NCBI RefSeq assembly: GCF_001194135.2
Contig: NC_068991.1
Span: 35,295,528 to 35,343,874 of the forward strand
Origin: Octopus bimaculoides
Lineage: Eukaryota
Reading direction: 5' to 3'
DNA length: 48,347 bases
The position numbers and the translations under genes are program-made. Positions 13,282-26,042 of this stretch are shown here, in pieces; the first letter of the stretch is position 1, and each line of letters opens with the position of its first letter. Under the pieces are notes generated by a model that worked only from the letters and a program-made list of their open reading frames with translations, searched no databases and was not told the DNA's origin.

Positions 13282-16200
13282 CATAATAATAATAATAATG
13301 ATAATGGAACATCCCCTCCCACATAACGAGTGGTATGTACTAGTTGTTACAAATACTGTGACGGAGGAAGTTGAGAAGTGAGAGAAGTTGGTCATAGATA
13401 GTTGTGTCTTACTTGTCTAACTAACTATACTGCCATACTGGAGTGGATGTTATAACAGTCCGATGTTGGATTACAACAGTGACAACAAGGGTTAAATAAA
13501 CTCACAAGGAGTTATGAAACTCACAAAAGTTTTTTGTGTGAATTTTACAGTATTCAAAATTGTAAAATTATGGAAGAAGTGCTGGCTGGTTTACTCAAGT
13601 TGCAAAAACAGCAAGAACAACAACAATTACTATTACTGCAATAAATGCTGCAATTAGTGAATAGTAAGCAGACTCAATAACAGAATTTAAGTATGAATCA
13701 GAGGAGTTATCTTTGAGACATACTATAGAAGGTACGAACAGATCTTTAATAAAGAATGTAAAGATTGAGATGCGTCTAATCCTAAGAAAACTGGCGGTAG
13801 GAGAACATGAGTGTTAAAGCAATTACATACTCCTAAAAAAACTTTCTGATATAAACTTTAGAAATACAATAGAAATATTATGTAACATTTTTAGCGAGAA
13901 AAGCACCTTGTTCAATACACGCTGGAAATGTTTGAACCTAGAAAAGAATGAGGAGGACTACATCTCATATGCTATTAGAGTTAACAGAGAATGGGAAAAG
14001 TTAAAACTGGATGAGTTAATGCCAGACATGTTCAAGTACCTGATATTTACTCAGGGACTAACTGCAGAAAAAGATGCAGCAGTAAGGACAAGAATTCTCA
14101 CTAAGCTGGAACAAAACCAAGCAGTAAACTTACAATGAGCGTCAGAAGAGTGTAAAAAAGTAGTAAGTCTAAGGCATGACACAGAGAAAATTGAACATAA
14201 AAATTGCTCCAAAGTGAAACAAGTGTGTGGGAAAATACAAAAGAATAGAAATCAAATGTGTACTAAAATATAGTACAAACAGGACAAAAGTTAGAAAACA
14301 AACCCATGTTTTGCATGTGGATGTCTACATCTGAGAAAAAACTGCCCATTTAAGAAAGTGGAATGTTTCTGTTGTGAAAAAATTGGACACATAAAAGCAC
14401 ACTGTAAAACCAAGATGACAAAATGTTGGAACAAATAGAAAAATAGTAAACAAGATGTCGTCGAAAGAAAATGGTAATCTGACAAAGAGGAAATTCATAA
14501 ATGTGAAAATTGAAAATATAAGAGTAAAAATGCAGTTAGATACTGAAAGTAATGTTACCATTGTGAGTGAAGAAACTTGGAAGTATATTGGTAAGCCAAA
14601 ATAAAGTAAATCTACAAAAGTAGCACATGGTGTTACAGGTAAAAGGTTGTATTTTGTAGGTGAATTTGTGTGTAATTTGACATTTCATGACCAAATGAAA
14701 ATGGCAAAAGTATATGTGTTAATTCAGGTAATCTATTTGGTACAGAGTGGATGGAACTGTTCAAATTGTGGAATATGCCCATAAATGTTTTGTGTGGGAA
14801 TATAGTTGGTTCAGTTGAAGATTCAAATGCAGCTAACGGATTGAACAAAAAATAAAACATTTATTCCCTGATGTTTTCTTGGATGAACTGGGCTGCTGCA
14901 CGAAAACAAAGGCAAAAATTGTAGTAAAACAAAGTGCACCACCTGCATTTAAGCCAAAACTAATGTACCGTTTGCAGCGCTAGAACAAGTAAATAAGGAA
15001 CTTGAAAGACTTGACAGCCTTAGAATAATCGAGAAGATAGATCACTCAGATGGGGCAGCACTTATGGGCTACGTAAAAAAGAAAAATAAGTTATGAGTTT
15101 GTGCAGATTTTTCAATGGGTTTAAACGATTGCTTAAGCCCGCATAACTACCCCTTGCCGAGTCCTAAGGAAGTGTTTGCAAAGATGAGTGGAGGAAAATT
15201 CTTTTCAAAATTAGGTCTCTCAGAGGCATACTTACAAATCCGATTAGAAGAAGAATGCTCACACTTATTAGCCATTAATACACACCATAGCTTACTTAAA
15301 TTTAAATGGCTTCCCTTTGGTTTAAAAGTGGCTCTTTCCATATTTCAACAAGTAATGAATACAATGCGGGCGGACTGTGATTTTGCTGTCACCTATTTAG
15401 ATATCCTAATAAAAAGTGAATCACACAAACAACATGTAGAACACATAAAAAGGGTATAAGAGAGTATGGCTTTAAGCTAAGTGAAGAAAAATGCAAGATC
15501 TTTCTGAAAAAAATAAAATACTTGGGCCTGATAATAGATAAAAATGGATGGAAACTGGATCCATCCAGAGCAACAACAATAAAAAATATGCCCACACTGA
15601 ATAATATAACTATGCTACAAACATTTTGGGGATTAGTAAATTACTACCAAATTTATATCCCCACTGATTGATTTGTTAAAGAAAAATACAAAATGTTGCT
15701 GAACTGATCAATACCAGAAGTCATTTGATGAATTAAAAAACATTTTAATGTCGAACTTATCGTTAACACATTTTGATCAGAAGCTGGATATTATATTGGT
15801 TACAGATGCGAGTGATTACGGCGTAGGAGCAGTGCTTCTTCACAAATATTACAATGGGGGAAAAAAGGCTATAACCCATACTTCATGATCATTATTACCA
15901 GCAGAAAGGAACTGCAGCCAAATAGAAAAGGAAACGCTAGCAATTATATTTGGTGTAAAAAAATTCCAAAGAGTTATTCATGGAAGAAGTTTCTGTCTAC
16001 AAATGGATATTCATCCACTACTGTTGATATACAGTTCTAAAAAAGGAATACCAACACACACAGCTAATAGACTACAGTGATGGGGCACTACATTATTGAA
16101 TTATGATTTCAAAATGGAATATTTACTGTTAAAGAAACTAGGGCATGCAGATGGTTTGTCCAGACTGATACCAAAACACTGTGAGCCATTCGAAGATATA

Positions 16201-17370
16201 TAATCACAGCATTAAGATCACAAGGAAAAATAGAAAATGTAATGTGGAATGTGGTACAGGAATTACCAGTGACCCTAGAAGGTATAAAATGAAATGCCGA
16301 AAAAGACAAATTCATAACAGAAATGAAGAGAATATTGTGGACTGGAAAAGTAAATAGGAACAGGATTGGTGCGAAACGAAATCAAGATGTGAACCTATAC
16401 TCAATTTGTGATGGTGTATTGATGTATGCTCAGAAAGCAGTAATACCGGAAACACTGCAAAAGAAAATGTTGAGGGAATTCCATGTTGGACATCCTGGTA
16501 TTTCGAGGATGAAAGCTTTAATGCATAGCTATGTGTACTAGCCAAAAATGGATAGAGAAATTGAAAATTTAGTGAAAGACTGCAAAGGATGTACTCTAGC
16601 AGCAAAATAACTGAGGATAAAAAGTGAACCTTAGCCAAGAGATGTTCTGTGGTTGAGACTACACATTGATTTTGCTGGTCCCTTAAACGGTTCATACTAT
16701 TTAGTGGTATTAGATAGTTTCTCTAAATGCCCAGAAGTTTGTAAGTGTAAAAAGCCAACCTCCTTAACTACGACAAACTTTCTACATGAGCTGTTTGCAA
16801 GATTTAGTGTCCCAGACACTATAGTGTCTGATAATGGAACAAAATTTGTGTCTTTTGAGTTTAAAAAGTTTTGTAAAATGTTCACTGTAGAACATGTAAC
16901 TACAGTGCCATACCATCCCGGTTCTAACAGACAAGCAGAATGCTTTGTTGATATGTTCAAGAGAGCCTTAAGAAAGTCGAATAAGGAAGTCATGGATGTG
17001 GTAGCTGTACAACAATTCTTAAGAGTATACCGAGTGACACCAAATTCAAATACACCAGCAAGAATGTCACCAATGGAGCTGATGTTTTTGAGGAAAATAA
17101 AATCAGTCTGTGACAAATTGCCACCTGGTAAGAAAAGAAAAATTACTTGTCTAACTAACTATACTGCCATACTGGAATGGACGTTACAACAGTCCGATGT
17201 TGGATTACAACAATTTCATTCTGTATCATGCTGAATCTCCCTGAGTATTACATTAAGAGTATATGTGTTTGTGGAGTGCTCTGCTACTTGCACATTAATT
17301 TCACAAGCAGGTTGTGATAGGATCAACTGGAACACTCATCATTGTAACCGACAGAGTGCCAGTTAAACAG
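13090..17370 (+). mobile_element. tRNA-derived SINE split by Gypsy 2 (13090-13227 and 17213-17370)
   Basis: B-box-like GAGTTCAAT and CORE-like gtgtccttgagcaagacact lie on the left. Repeat-like sequence resumes after the ATTTC duplication on the right; that continuity is from my recollection of the family. Confidence 0.55.
13228..17212 (+). mobile_element. Ty3/Gypsy LTR retrotransposon 2 (decayed gag-pol; truncated 3' LTR)
   Basis: TG...CA ends with a perfect 5-bp TSD ATTTC (13223-13227 and 17213-17217). LTR ends 13409-13478 and 17143-17212 differ at 3 of 70 positions. CCHC, MQLDTES protease, RT, RNase H (TDASDYGVGAVL), H2C2 and integrase (HIDFAGP, SDNG) are present with many stops. Confidence 0.93.
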
Positions 17371-19199
17371 TTACAGCTAAAATGCATTGTAAAATTTTTT
17401 GTGAGTGGGGGGTGGTGGGGGTTTACATTGCTTAAGTATTTAAGAAAATGAGTGAATTGAGATTTCTTGTTTAGTATGTCAATATAAGACCTTTTTTGCA
17501 AAAGTAACAAAAAGAAAATTTTTTTACTTCACTGAAAGTTTTCTTTTAACTGCTCTCTTCAGTTTGATTATCTTACTTTCACATCTTTGAAATGAATTCA
17601 TGATAGAAAATGCTGAACCATGATGAAGACCTTTATAGAAAATAGATTTAAAATGTCTTTGTGACTTTATTTCAAACATAAGAATTTTATTTACAAAGCA
17701 ACTAAAGCTTATACAATAAACATTAGTTACTGGAAATGAGGACTATTATTATTTTGATTGTTTGCATTGATTTTTAATTTCTGATATATTTTAAAAACGT
17801 TTTGGAAGCAATAGTTTCTTTCCTTCTATAATGCCTTATTCTATTAAATGTCACTTCATCCATAGTTGACGATATATTGTAGTTAGTCATCTTTAATGAG
17901 TATTGGAATGGCAACTGGTAAAAAGAATGATGAAAACTCCCATTGTTTAATCATGCCAAAATTTGGTGATGATCATAAAATAAATAAGCCCTTTTTATCT
18001 TATTGCTTTAGGAAAACCACATTTATTATATGTATGAATACCAAACTGTGAGGAAATTGAGAACTGTTCTGATAGCTACTATCATGTAATATGGTGCTAA
18101 TAATCATAAATGAGCACAAAAAATAATGTTTCTCTGTCCAAGACAAATTTGGAAATTGAAATGTGTTGTTATTAGGATAAAATTCTGAATAACTGTAATG
18201 CTTGAGGCACATGAAAAGCTAAGAGAAGCCAGATTAATTTTAATTCAAGTCAATTTTGTCAACAGAGGGAATAATTTATACATCTACATAAAAACCAAGA
18301 TAATTGACATTAGATCCATGTGTGCACATATGTTCATGTAAGCCATCCAATAAATTCCACAGACACTTTTTCATTTGAAGAGAAAATATGTGAAACTCTT
18401 TAACACAATACAATAATATGTATGTAGGTTAAAGATACATTGATTTAATTTATTATAATGAAGCAGCTTGTTGTTTAGGCTCAGATCATCTCTGATTGTG
18501 GTAAATCCTACAATCAAAAGAATTTCAACCGTGATTATCCTAACTTTTTAGAATATATGCTTCTATTTTATCTCTTCCTCTTTCTACACTGGGACCTTGA
18601 ACTGTAAGGATGTAATCTAACCTCTTTCTTGCACTGGGTCCTCGAACTGTAAGGATGTGATATAACCTCTCTCAACACCCACCATCTAGCAGATAGGAGC
18701 ATAGCACAGAAGACCATGGCCTTTACACCAACTATTCTATTTATCATTCCATTGTATATATACGTGTGGCCACAATGAACATGTTTAAGTTGCAACCTCG
18801 CTTGTATATGTTTTTCATCCAGGTTTACTACCAACGAAATTACCAGCCTTCTGAGAGTCATATTAGGTGGCTCATAACAACCTGCACCATCTAAAATGGT
18901 GACCACCGATCTGAAAATGAACATATCCATCTAAAATGGTGCTCCAAGGTGAACACAGACTTCTAAAATGGTAACCCAGTGTGGGAGATGAACATATTCA
19001 TCTAAAATGGTGAACACCGGGTGAATACAGACCAGTCAATACGTATTCCCTTTTCTCTTTTGCAACTTTGGCTACGCAACCAAATTGCCTCTCCTCACAT
19101 AGGAACACTACCACTGATGTCTCTCGCCATATTGTCTTCTTCACCAGGAAAATTTTGGTGCCATTTTCAAGTGAGAAACTGCAAATCATTTTCCTCAGG

Positions 19200-21630
19200 T
19201 TGTAACCGAAAATACAACTTGGTCATTTGAAAACACAGTGTCCCAGAAAATTTCCTTCTTGCTTATGAAAAAAGGAAAAAAAAATTATCTGGAATTTTCT
19301 CCAGAATTCACATGGACAGAAAATTTTCCTTCATGCCAGGTATGAGTTTCTTTCTCTCAACCACCCGGATTATCTACGCATCAGCCATAATTTGTTCCTT
19401 ATCAACTAGGAAGGATTTCTTCTATTTTCATCCTCTGCTATTGAAAAAAAATTTTTTTCCTAGTTCGCTGCTCGTTGTGTCTTCTTTCAACTGTTTTGAC
19501 TGCCATTTCTAACTGCGTTTCTTCAACCAGTTGTTCGTGCTGTTCCATTTTCCTATTATCGTCCAAAATGACTCCTTTTCCTTTCCCTCACTGTGCTTCT
19601 TCATTGTCTTCCTCATGAGCTTGTGCTTCTTCTGCTCTGGACGAAATGCAATCCTCTGAAATCTTGCGGACTATTGCAGAACTGACCCATCGAGTCACAT
19701 GCTTGTGCAAGGACCATTTGTTTTCACGGACTTATTCTGAAGGGAGAACTAAGCACCGCTCCTTCACACACACACACGCACTTCTTGCTCCTTCAACTAG
19801 GCAGGGAGACACTGGGCACCTCAGTCATCTCCCTCATCAATTGACCCTATCATGCATTCTTTATCAGAGATGCCAGTTCTTCGCAGTCCTTTATGGTGGA
19901 TACGAGTGCCAGTTTAAGTATTTGGCCTCGACGATTTACTTCCACCAATCCTTCTCTTTTGGATGTCTCTCTTGATGTGGTGAATCATTCTGCCATCAAG
20001 ACCTATGGTCAAATATCCCTCACCCTGGATTTGTCACTCAAGTGGATTTTTGTCATTGCAGACCTGCCCCATCCTATTCTTGGTGCTGATTCCTTACACC
20101 ACTATTCTCTCATTGTAGACGTTAGGGGACGTTGACTCATTGATGACACTTCGTTTCCAGAGTTGACTGATTTGTCATTTCATCTGTCGAATCCAGCCCA
20201 TTCCACAAGACATTTCATCATAACCAAGGGACTTTCAGTCTTTTCCCAACCGCGCTGTTTGTCTTCAGAGAAACTCTGGATCTCCCGGGCTGAATTTGAG
20301 CACATGCTCTAGCTGGGCCTCATTCATCCTTCCACAAGCCCATGGGCAGCACCCCTACACATGGCCAGGAAGAATGACACTGATTTCCGACCGGTGAGAG
20401 ATTTTAGACATCTTAACACCATCACTATTGCAGATCGCTATCCCCTCCCTAATGTCCAAGATTTTTTGTCTGCCCTGCATGGATGTAAGATTTTTTTCAA
20501 GATCGATTTGGTATGCACATACCATCAAATTCCCGTCAACCTCGATGACATACCTTTTGGGGAATTTGAATTCTTGTCTATGCCATTTGGACTTCATAAT
20601 GCAACCAGCACGTTCCAAAAGTTCATTGATGAGGTCGTTTGTGGGTGAGATTTTGTCTTCGCATATGTCAATGACTTTTTAATCACCAGCGGTACTCCAG
20701 ACCAGCCCCTCCAACACTTGACTCAGCTGTTCAAGTGCCTACGTTCCTATGATGTGAAAATCAACCCGGCTAAGTGTGTCTTCGGTTCTACCAGTTTGGA
20801 ATTCTTGGGGCATCTCATTGACGCTGATGGTATTCGTCCGCTTCCCTCTAAAGTGGAAGCCATCAAACACTTGCCTCCTCATGTTTCCTTAAAACAGCTC
20901 AGAAATTTTATTGGTTTAATTAATTATTATCGTCATTTCATTCCTAAATGTGCAGAAAAGTTGCTTCTCTTGACCCAGCATCTGGAAGATCAATGGAAGA
21001 AAGATGCACAGATAACGCTGTCTCCTACAGCCATCTAAGCTTTTGAATCTGTCAAATCTGCCCTTGGTCAAGCATCCTTCCTTGTTCATACTGTTCTGAA
21101 TGATCACTTACTGTCGATGCGTCATCATCTGCTATAGGAGCAGTTTTAGAGCAATCCGTAAACAGCCGAAGCCAGCCATTAGCCTTTTTCTCACAACAGT
21201 TGAAAAATGCTGAAATGAGATATAGTGTATTTGGTAAAGAACTCTTAGCAATTTACCTGGCAGTGAAGCATTTCTCTTATCTTCTCAAAGGTAGAGACTT
21301 CACGATTTTCACAAACCACTAACATTGGCTCTCTTTGCGAAAATGGACCGGTACTCACCCAGAGAAACAAAGCAATTGGATTATATATCACAGTTCACTA
21401 GTGATATTCGCCACATCGCTGGCACTGACAAGATCCCCACTGATGCCTTATCTTGCCTGCCTATCGGTGCATTGTTGTCTCCTGCTTCAATTGATTTGGT
21501 CACTATGGCTACTGATCAATCCTCCTTGGACTCTCTGGACGTCTTTTTACCACAGTTTTCCTACTGCAAGTTTGAATACCTTTCTCTGCATTTTTCTGAA
21601 GGAAACAACCTCTGCGATGTTTCTACCAGG
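19200..21630 (+). mobile_element. Ty3/Gypsy element 3 (different family; 3'-truncated before integrase)
   Basis: Protease MVDTSAS, RT (SPWAAPLHM, DRYPLPN, MPFGL, YVND, FLGH) and RNase H (VDASSSAIGAVLEQ). No 3' LTR seen. Confidence 0.85.
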
Positions 21631-21790
21631 TTAAATCATATCTTTATTTGCTTATTTCTTGTTTAACTTATTCATGTATCAATGTTTAGTTTAAAAAAGT
21701 GTTTCCAAAGTCTTATTAACATTGATGAGTTTATCTAATACGAAATTGAACTGAAGTACTTCACTTTTCTGTTTTATTCTCTATTTTTAG

Positions 21791-21893
21791 ACACACTTCA
21801 TTCTTTTGGATTTGATTGGCAGTTCCAATATAGTTTTCCATAACTATTTCCCTCAAGAAACAGACAGACTATTTCAAAATCTTGTAAAAATTG
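21791..21893 (+). CDS. QPCT: QPCT-like exon: THFILLDLIGSSNIVFHNYFPQETDRLFQNLVKI(E)
   Basis: Acceptor ctatttttag and LLDLIG motif. Ends in phase 1 at ATTG|gcaagt (GC donor). Confidence 0.9.
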
Positions 21894-22088
21894 GCAAGTA
21901 CATCAGTTATTAAATTGATTTGGTTATTTATATCATTTTGGCCATACTATTTTATTGAATTTTAAAAATCTCTTAATTTTATGAAATTTGTTCAAAAAGT
22001 ACTTTTAAAATCACATGCAGACTAACTGGCACACTATGTTTACAACTGTACTGTGTATATGTAACCTTAACATTCAGTTTAGTTATTG

Positions 22089-22302
22089 GTCTAGATTTTG
22101 GTACAAGGCCAGCTATTTGGAATGCAGTGGGTATTCAATTACATCAGCCTCTGTATTTGACTGATACTTTATTTTTTTAATCCTGAAAGGATGAAAGGCA
22201 AAGTTAATCTCAGGAGTGTTTGAGCATAGCACATAAAGAGCCAGAAGAATTTCACTAAGAATTTTGTCTGATTCACTAACAATTCTGCCAGCTCATTGCC
22301 TT
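22089..22302 (-). mobile_element. tRNA-derived SINE, second family (degenerate copy)
   Basis: gaaaggatgaaaggcaaagt...tttga core shared with 23584-23803. Confidence 0.65.
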
Positions 22303-22819
22303 GACCTTCAGTAGGCACATCTTAGTACTTCACATAATCATCAATCTAGACATGTTTGAGTGAACAGATGTTTACTCTACATTTGGTGATTTGTCATAGT
22401 TTGAACAACAAAGCATTTAAAAGAGCAATGTGTTTGTGTGAAATTCTGTTACAAATTGGAAAAAACTTTTAGAGACTTTTCTAATGTTACAAAAGCTGTC
22501 AGATTGAGATGGGTATACACCTAAAGTGATCCCAAATCTAACGCCTTCTGCAATAACTGATGACTTTTCTTCCTTAATAGAACAGAGTTCTGGAAGTGTT
22601 ATGTTTCAGGCTCTTACCCCAACCACTGCCTTTCTGCTCTTACAGATTATCCAACCATGTCATTTTTCTCTCTTGTCCTTCCTCCTGACAACTGTATCAT
22701 CTTACTACTCTGGCTGCCCCTCCCCCCTCTCTTCTGCATATCTCTATCTTCCCCAGTTCATTTTTTTCTTTTATTCACTTACCCTTCAACTCTACCCATT
22801 TTAGCAGTCTGCCCCTATT

Positions 22820-23260
22820 CCCTCATTCTCCTTCCTATTAGTACACAACAATTTTGGTCCTTCATCATCTCTATTTTGAGGTGCAGCATCTTAAGATCAT
22901 TTTCACCACTTTTTTCCAAATCTTCCTTGATCTTCTTTTTACACATAATCTATCCACTTTGAGTGTTTGGCAGATGCTGTCCTTGATAGGCCCCACTTTC
23001 TTGTACAAACACAGTCTTTGAATTTATTTGTACTCATTCATACACATTAATCTTTGTGCACACTTGTACACCCACTTCTACTCAGCACCACATAGCATCA
23101 TACTTCATACACAAGCATCTTACAATCTACCCTTTACTGTGAGAGAGATACCCTTTGCACCCAGCTGATGTAATAATCCCCTGAACTTTCTCCCTACTCT
23201 TGCTGGTATGCTGCTGATATACTTACCCCTAATGCTAATTAGATCACTGAGGTAACAAAA
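22820..23260 (-). mobile_element. Old RTE-LINE RT C-terminal fragment
   Basis: Reverse strand reads ARVGRKFRGLLHQLGAKGISLTVKGRL*DACV and ...KKVVENDLKMLHL, paralleling 24550-25062. Confidence 0.55.
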
Positions 23261-23421
23261 ACTGTTGACTACTAATGATTCTCTGAATATTGGAGGGTGT
23301 TATCTTGAGTCTATTTATGTGTCGGAGATTGAATTAAGAAATGTGAACTTTTAATAGTAATCTTCTTGTAATTCTTTTCTTTTAATTACAATATATTTTA
23401 TGATTTTCATCTAAATTTTAG

Positions 23422-23553
23422 AGCACTTGCTTTTAAGACGAAATCTTCAACACCGTGACCACTACAATATGTATAAGTCAATGTTCTCAACTGAACTATT
23501 ACAATTCCCTCTGTATGGCATACAAGATGATCATGTGCCCTTTGCTAAGAAAG
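23422..23553 (+). CDS. QPCT: QPCT-like exon: (E)HLLLRRNLQHRDHYNMYKSMFSTELLQFPLYGIQDDHVPFAKK(G)
   Basis: Acceptor aaattttag, donor AAAG|gtaagt, phase 1-1. Contains the IQDDH.PF motif. Confidence 0.92.
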
Positions 23554-23583
23554 GTAAGTAGATAAAAGTTATGGACTAAATTT

Positions 23584-23803
23584 ATAATAATAATAATGGT
23601 TTCAAATTTTGCCACAAGGGCAGCAATTTTGGGGAAGGGGTTAAGTTGATTACATCAACCCCAGTGTACAACTGGTACTTATTTTATCAACCCCGAAAGG
23701 ATGAAAGGCAAAGTCGACCTCAACAAAATTTGAACTCAGAACATAGAGATGAAATGCCACTAAGCATCTTGCCTGGCATGCTAACAGTTCTGCCAGCTCA
23801 CTG
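23584..23803 (-). mobile_element. tRNA-derived SINE with (TTA)n tail, 30 bp downstream of the QPCT donor
   Basis: Reverse strand has B-box GAGTTCAAATT, then ...GGTCGACTTTGCCTTTCATCCTTTCGGGGTTGATAAAATAAGTACCAG, a conserved central SINE domain (possibly Meta-type; uncertain). Confidence 0.7.
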
Positions 23804-24330
23804 TCATCATCATCATCATTGTCATCATTCTTTAGTTTTTAATTCAATTTACTTTAGTTTATCATTGTATTCAGCTACAGAGAATAATGATAGATTGACT
23901 CCAGAGTTAAAATAAGTCATATTCATTCTTTCAAATGAAATTTCCTTTTTTTTAAAAATANNNNNNNNNNNNNNNNNNNNNNNNNNNNNNNNNNNNNNNN
24001 NNNNNNNNNNNNNNNNNNNNNNNNNNNNNNNNNNNNNNNNNNNNNNNNNNNNNNNNNNNNNNNNNNNNNNNNNNNNNNNNNNNNNNNNNNNNNNNNNNNN
24101 NNNNNNNNNNNNNNNNNNNNNNNNNNNNNNNNNNNNNNNNNNNNNNNNNNNNNNNNNNNNNNNNNNNNNNNNNNNNNNNNNNNNNNNNNNNNNNNNNNNN
24201 NNNNNNNNNNNNNNNNNNNNNNNNNNNNNNNNNNNNNNNNNNNNNNNNNNNNNNNNNNNNNNNCATTGTCAATCAATTCAAGATCCTAGGAAAAATGGGA
24301 CAACAAATATTTGAATTAAAAAAATGTTTA

Positions 24331-26009
24331 TTTCTTTTCTTTTTCTTTTATTTGTTTCAGTCATTTGACTGCAGCCATGCTGGAGCACTGCCTTTCATCA
24401 AGCAAATCGACCCCAGAGCTTATTCTTTGTAAGCCTAGTACTTACTTTATCGGTCTCTTTTGCTGAACCACTAAGTTATGGGAACGTAAACACACCACCA
24501 TCAGTTGTCAAGCGATGTTGGAGGGACAAACACAGACACACAAACATACAGAATAAGAATAGCCTGGGCAAAGTTTAGAGAACTCTTACCTCTGCTGGTG
24601 ACAAAGGGCCTCTCACTCAGAGTAAAAGGCAGACTGCATGATGCATGTGTATGAACAGCCATGCTACATGGCAGTGAAACATGGGCCGTGACTGCTGGGG
24701 ATATGTGTAAGATTGCAAGGAATGAAGTCAGTATGCTCCGATGGATGAGTAATGTCAGTGTGCATACCCGACAGAGTGTTAGTACCTTGAGAGAAAAGTT
24801 AAACTTACGAAGCATCAATTGTGGTGTGCAAGAGAAATGATTGCGCTGGTATGGTCATGTAGCAAGAATGGATGAGGATAGCTGTGTGAAAAAGTGCCAC
24901 ACCCTAGCGGTTGAGGGAACCTGTGGAAGAGGTAGACCCAGGAAGACCTGGGATGAGGTTGTGAAGCATGACCTTCAAACATTAGGCCTCACCGAGGCAA
25001 TGACTTCTGACCGAGACCTTTGGAAATATGCTGTACATGAGAAGACCTGGCAAGCCAAGTGAGACTATAATCCGATGCCTCTGCCAGGGGTGTAGCCAGC
25101 CCACTTATGTGTACCTTTCCTTCATTGGACACTAAACTCTGCTTGCGAAGACCTGTTGAGGTAAGTGAAATTGAAATCAAACTAAATTCGACGACTGGCA
25201 CCCATGCCAACGTCTCCTTCATTGGACACCAAACTCGGCTTGCGAAAACCTGTTGGGGCAAGANNNNNNNNNNNNNNNNNNNNNNNNNNNNNNNNNNNNN
25301 NNNNNNNNNNNNNNNNNNNNNNNNNNNNNNNNNNNNNNNNNNNNNNNNNNNNNNNNNNNNNNNNNNNNNNNNNNNNNNNNNNNNNNNNNNNNNNNNNNNN
25401 NNNNNNNNNNNNNNNNNNNNNATCGTTGCCAGAGCAGCTGTCCGGCAGCCGTGCCGGTGGCACGTAAATAGCACCATTTGAGTGTGATCGTTACCAGCGT
25501 CGCCTTGCTGGTACTTTTGTCAGTGGCACATGAAAAAGACTTTCAAGCGAAGTTGTTGCCAGTGCCACTGGAATGGCTCCTGTGCAGGTGGCATGTAAAA
25601 TACACCATTTTGAGCATGGCCGTTGCCAGTACCGCCTGAGTGGTCTTCGTGCCAGTGCCACGTAAAAGCACCCACTACACTCTTGGAGCGGTTGGCATTA
25701 GGAAAGGCATCCAGCTGTAGAAACTCTGCCAAATCAGATTGGAGCCTGGTGTAGCCATCTGGCTCACTAGTCCTCAGTCAAATCATCCAACCCATGCTAT
25801 CATGGAAAGCGGACGTTAAATGATGATGATGATATATATATATATATAAACGACGGGCTTCTTTCAGTTTCCCTCCACCAAATCCATTCACAAGGCTTTG
25901 GTCGGCCAGAGGCTATAGTAGAAGACACTTACCTAAGGTGCCACGCAATGGGACTGAACCTAAGGCCAAGTGGTTGGTAAGCAAGCTACTTACCATGCAG
26001 CCACTCCTG
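24331..26009 (-). mobile_element. Bipartite SINE split by the LINE: tail half 24331-24549, head half ~25834-26009
   Basis: Both halves match the two halves of the SINE at 28791-29543 in the same order and orientation. Confidence 0.75.
24550..25833 (+). mobile_element. 5'-truncated RTE-clade LINE: RT C-terminus (24550-25062) + long modular 3' UTR + (GAT)n tail
   Basis: RIRIAWAKFRELLPLL...MLHGSETW...LRWYGHVARMDE...GRGRPRKTWDEVV, with two in-frame TGA. The UTR spans gap 25264-25421. Confidence 0.9.
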
Positions 26010-26042
26010 TTAAGGTTTGCTGTATTACATATTTATTTTTTC

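Noticed and set aside
21881-21905. Canonical GT donors near the exon end
   Set aside because: They give phase 0 or 2, incompatible with the downstream exon frame.
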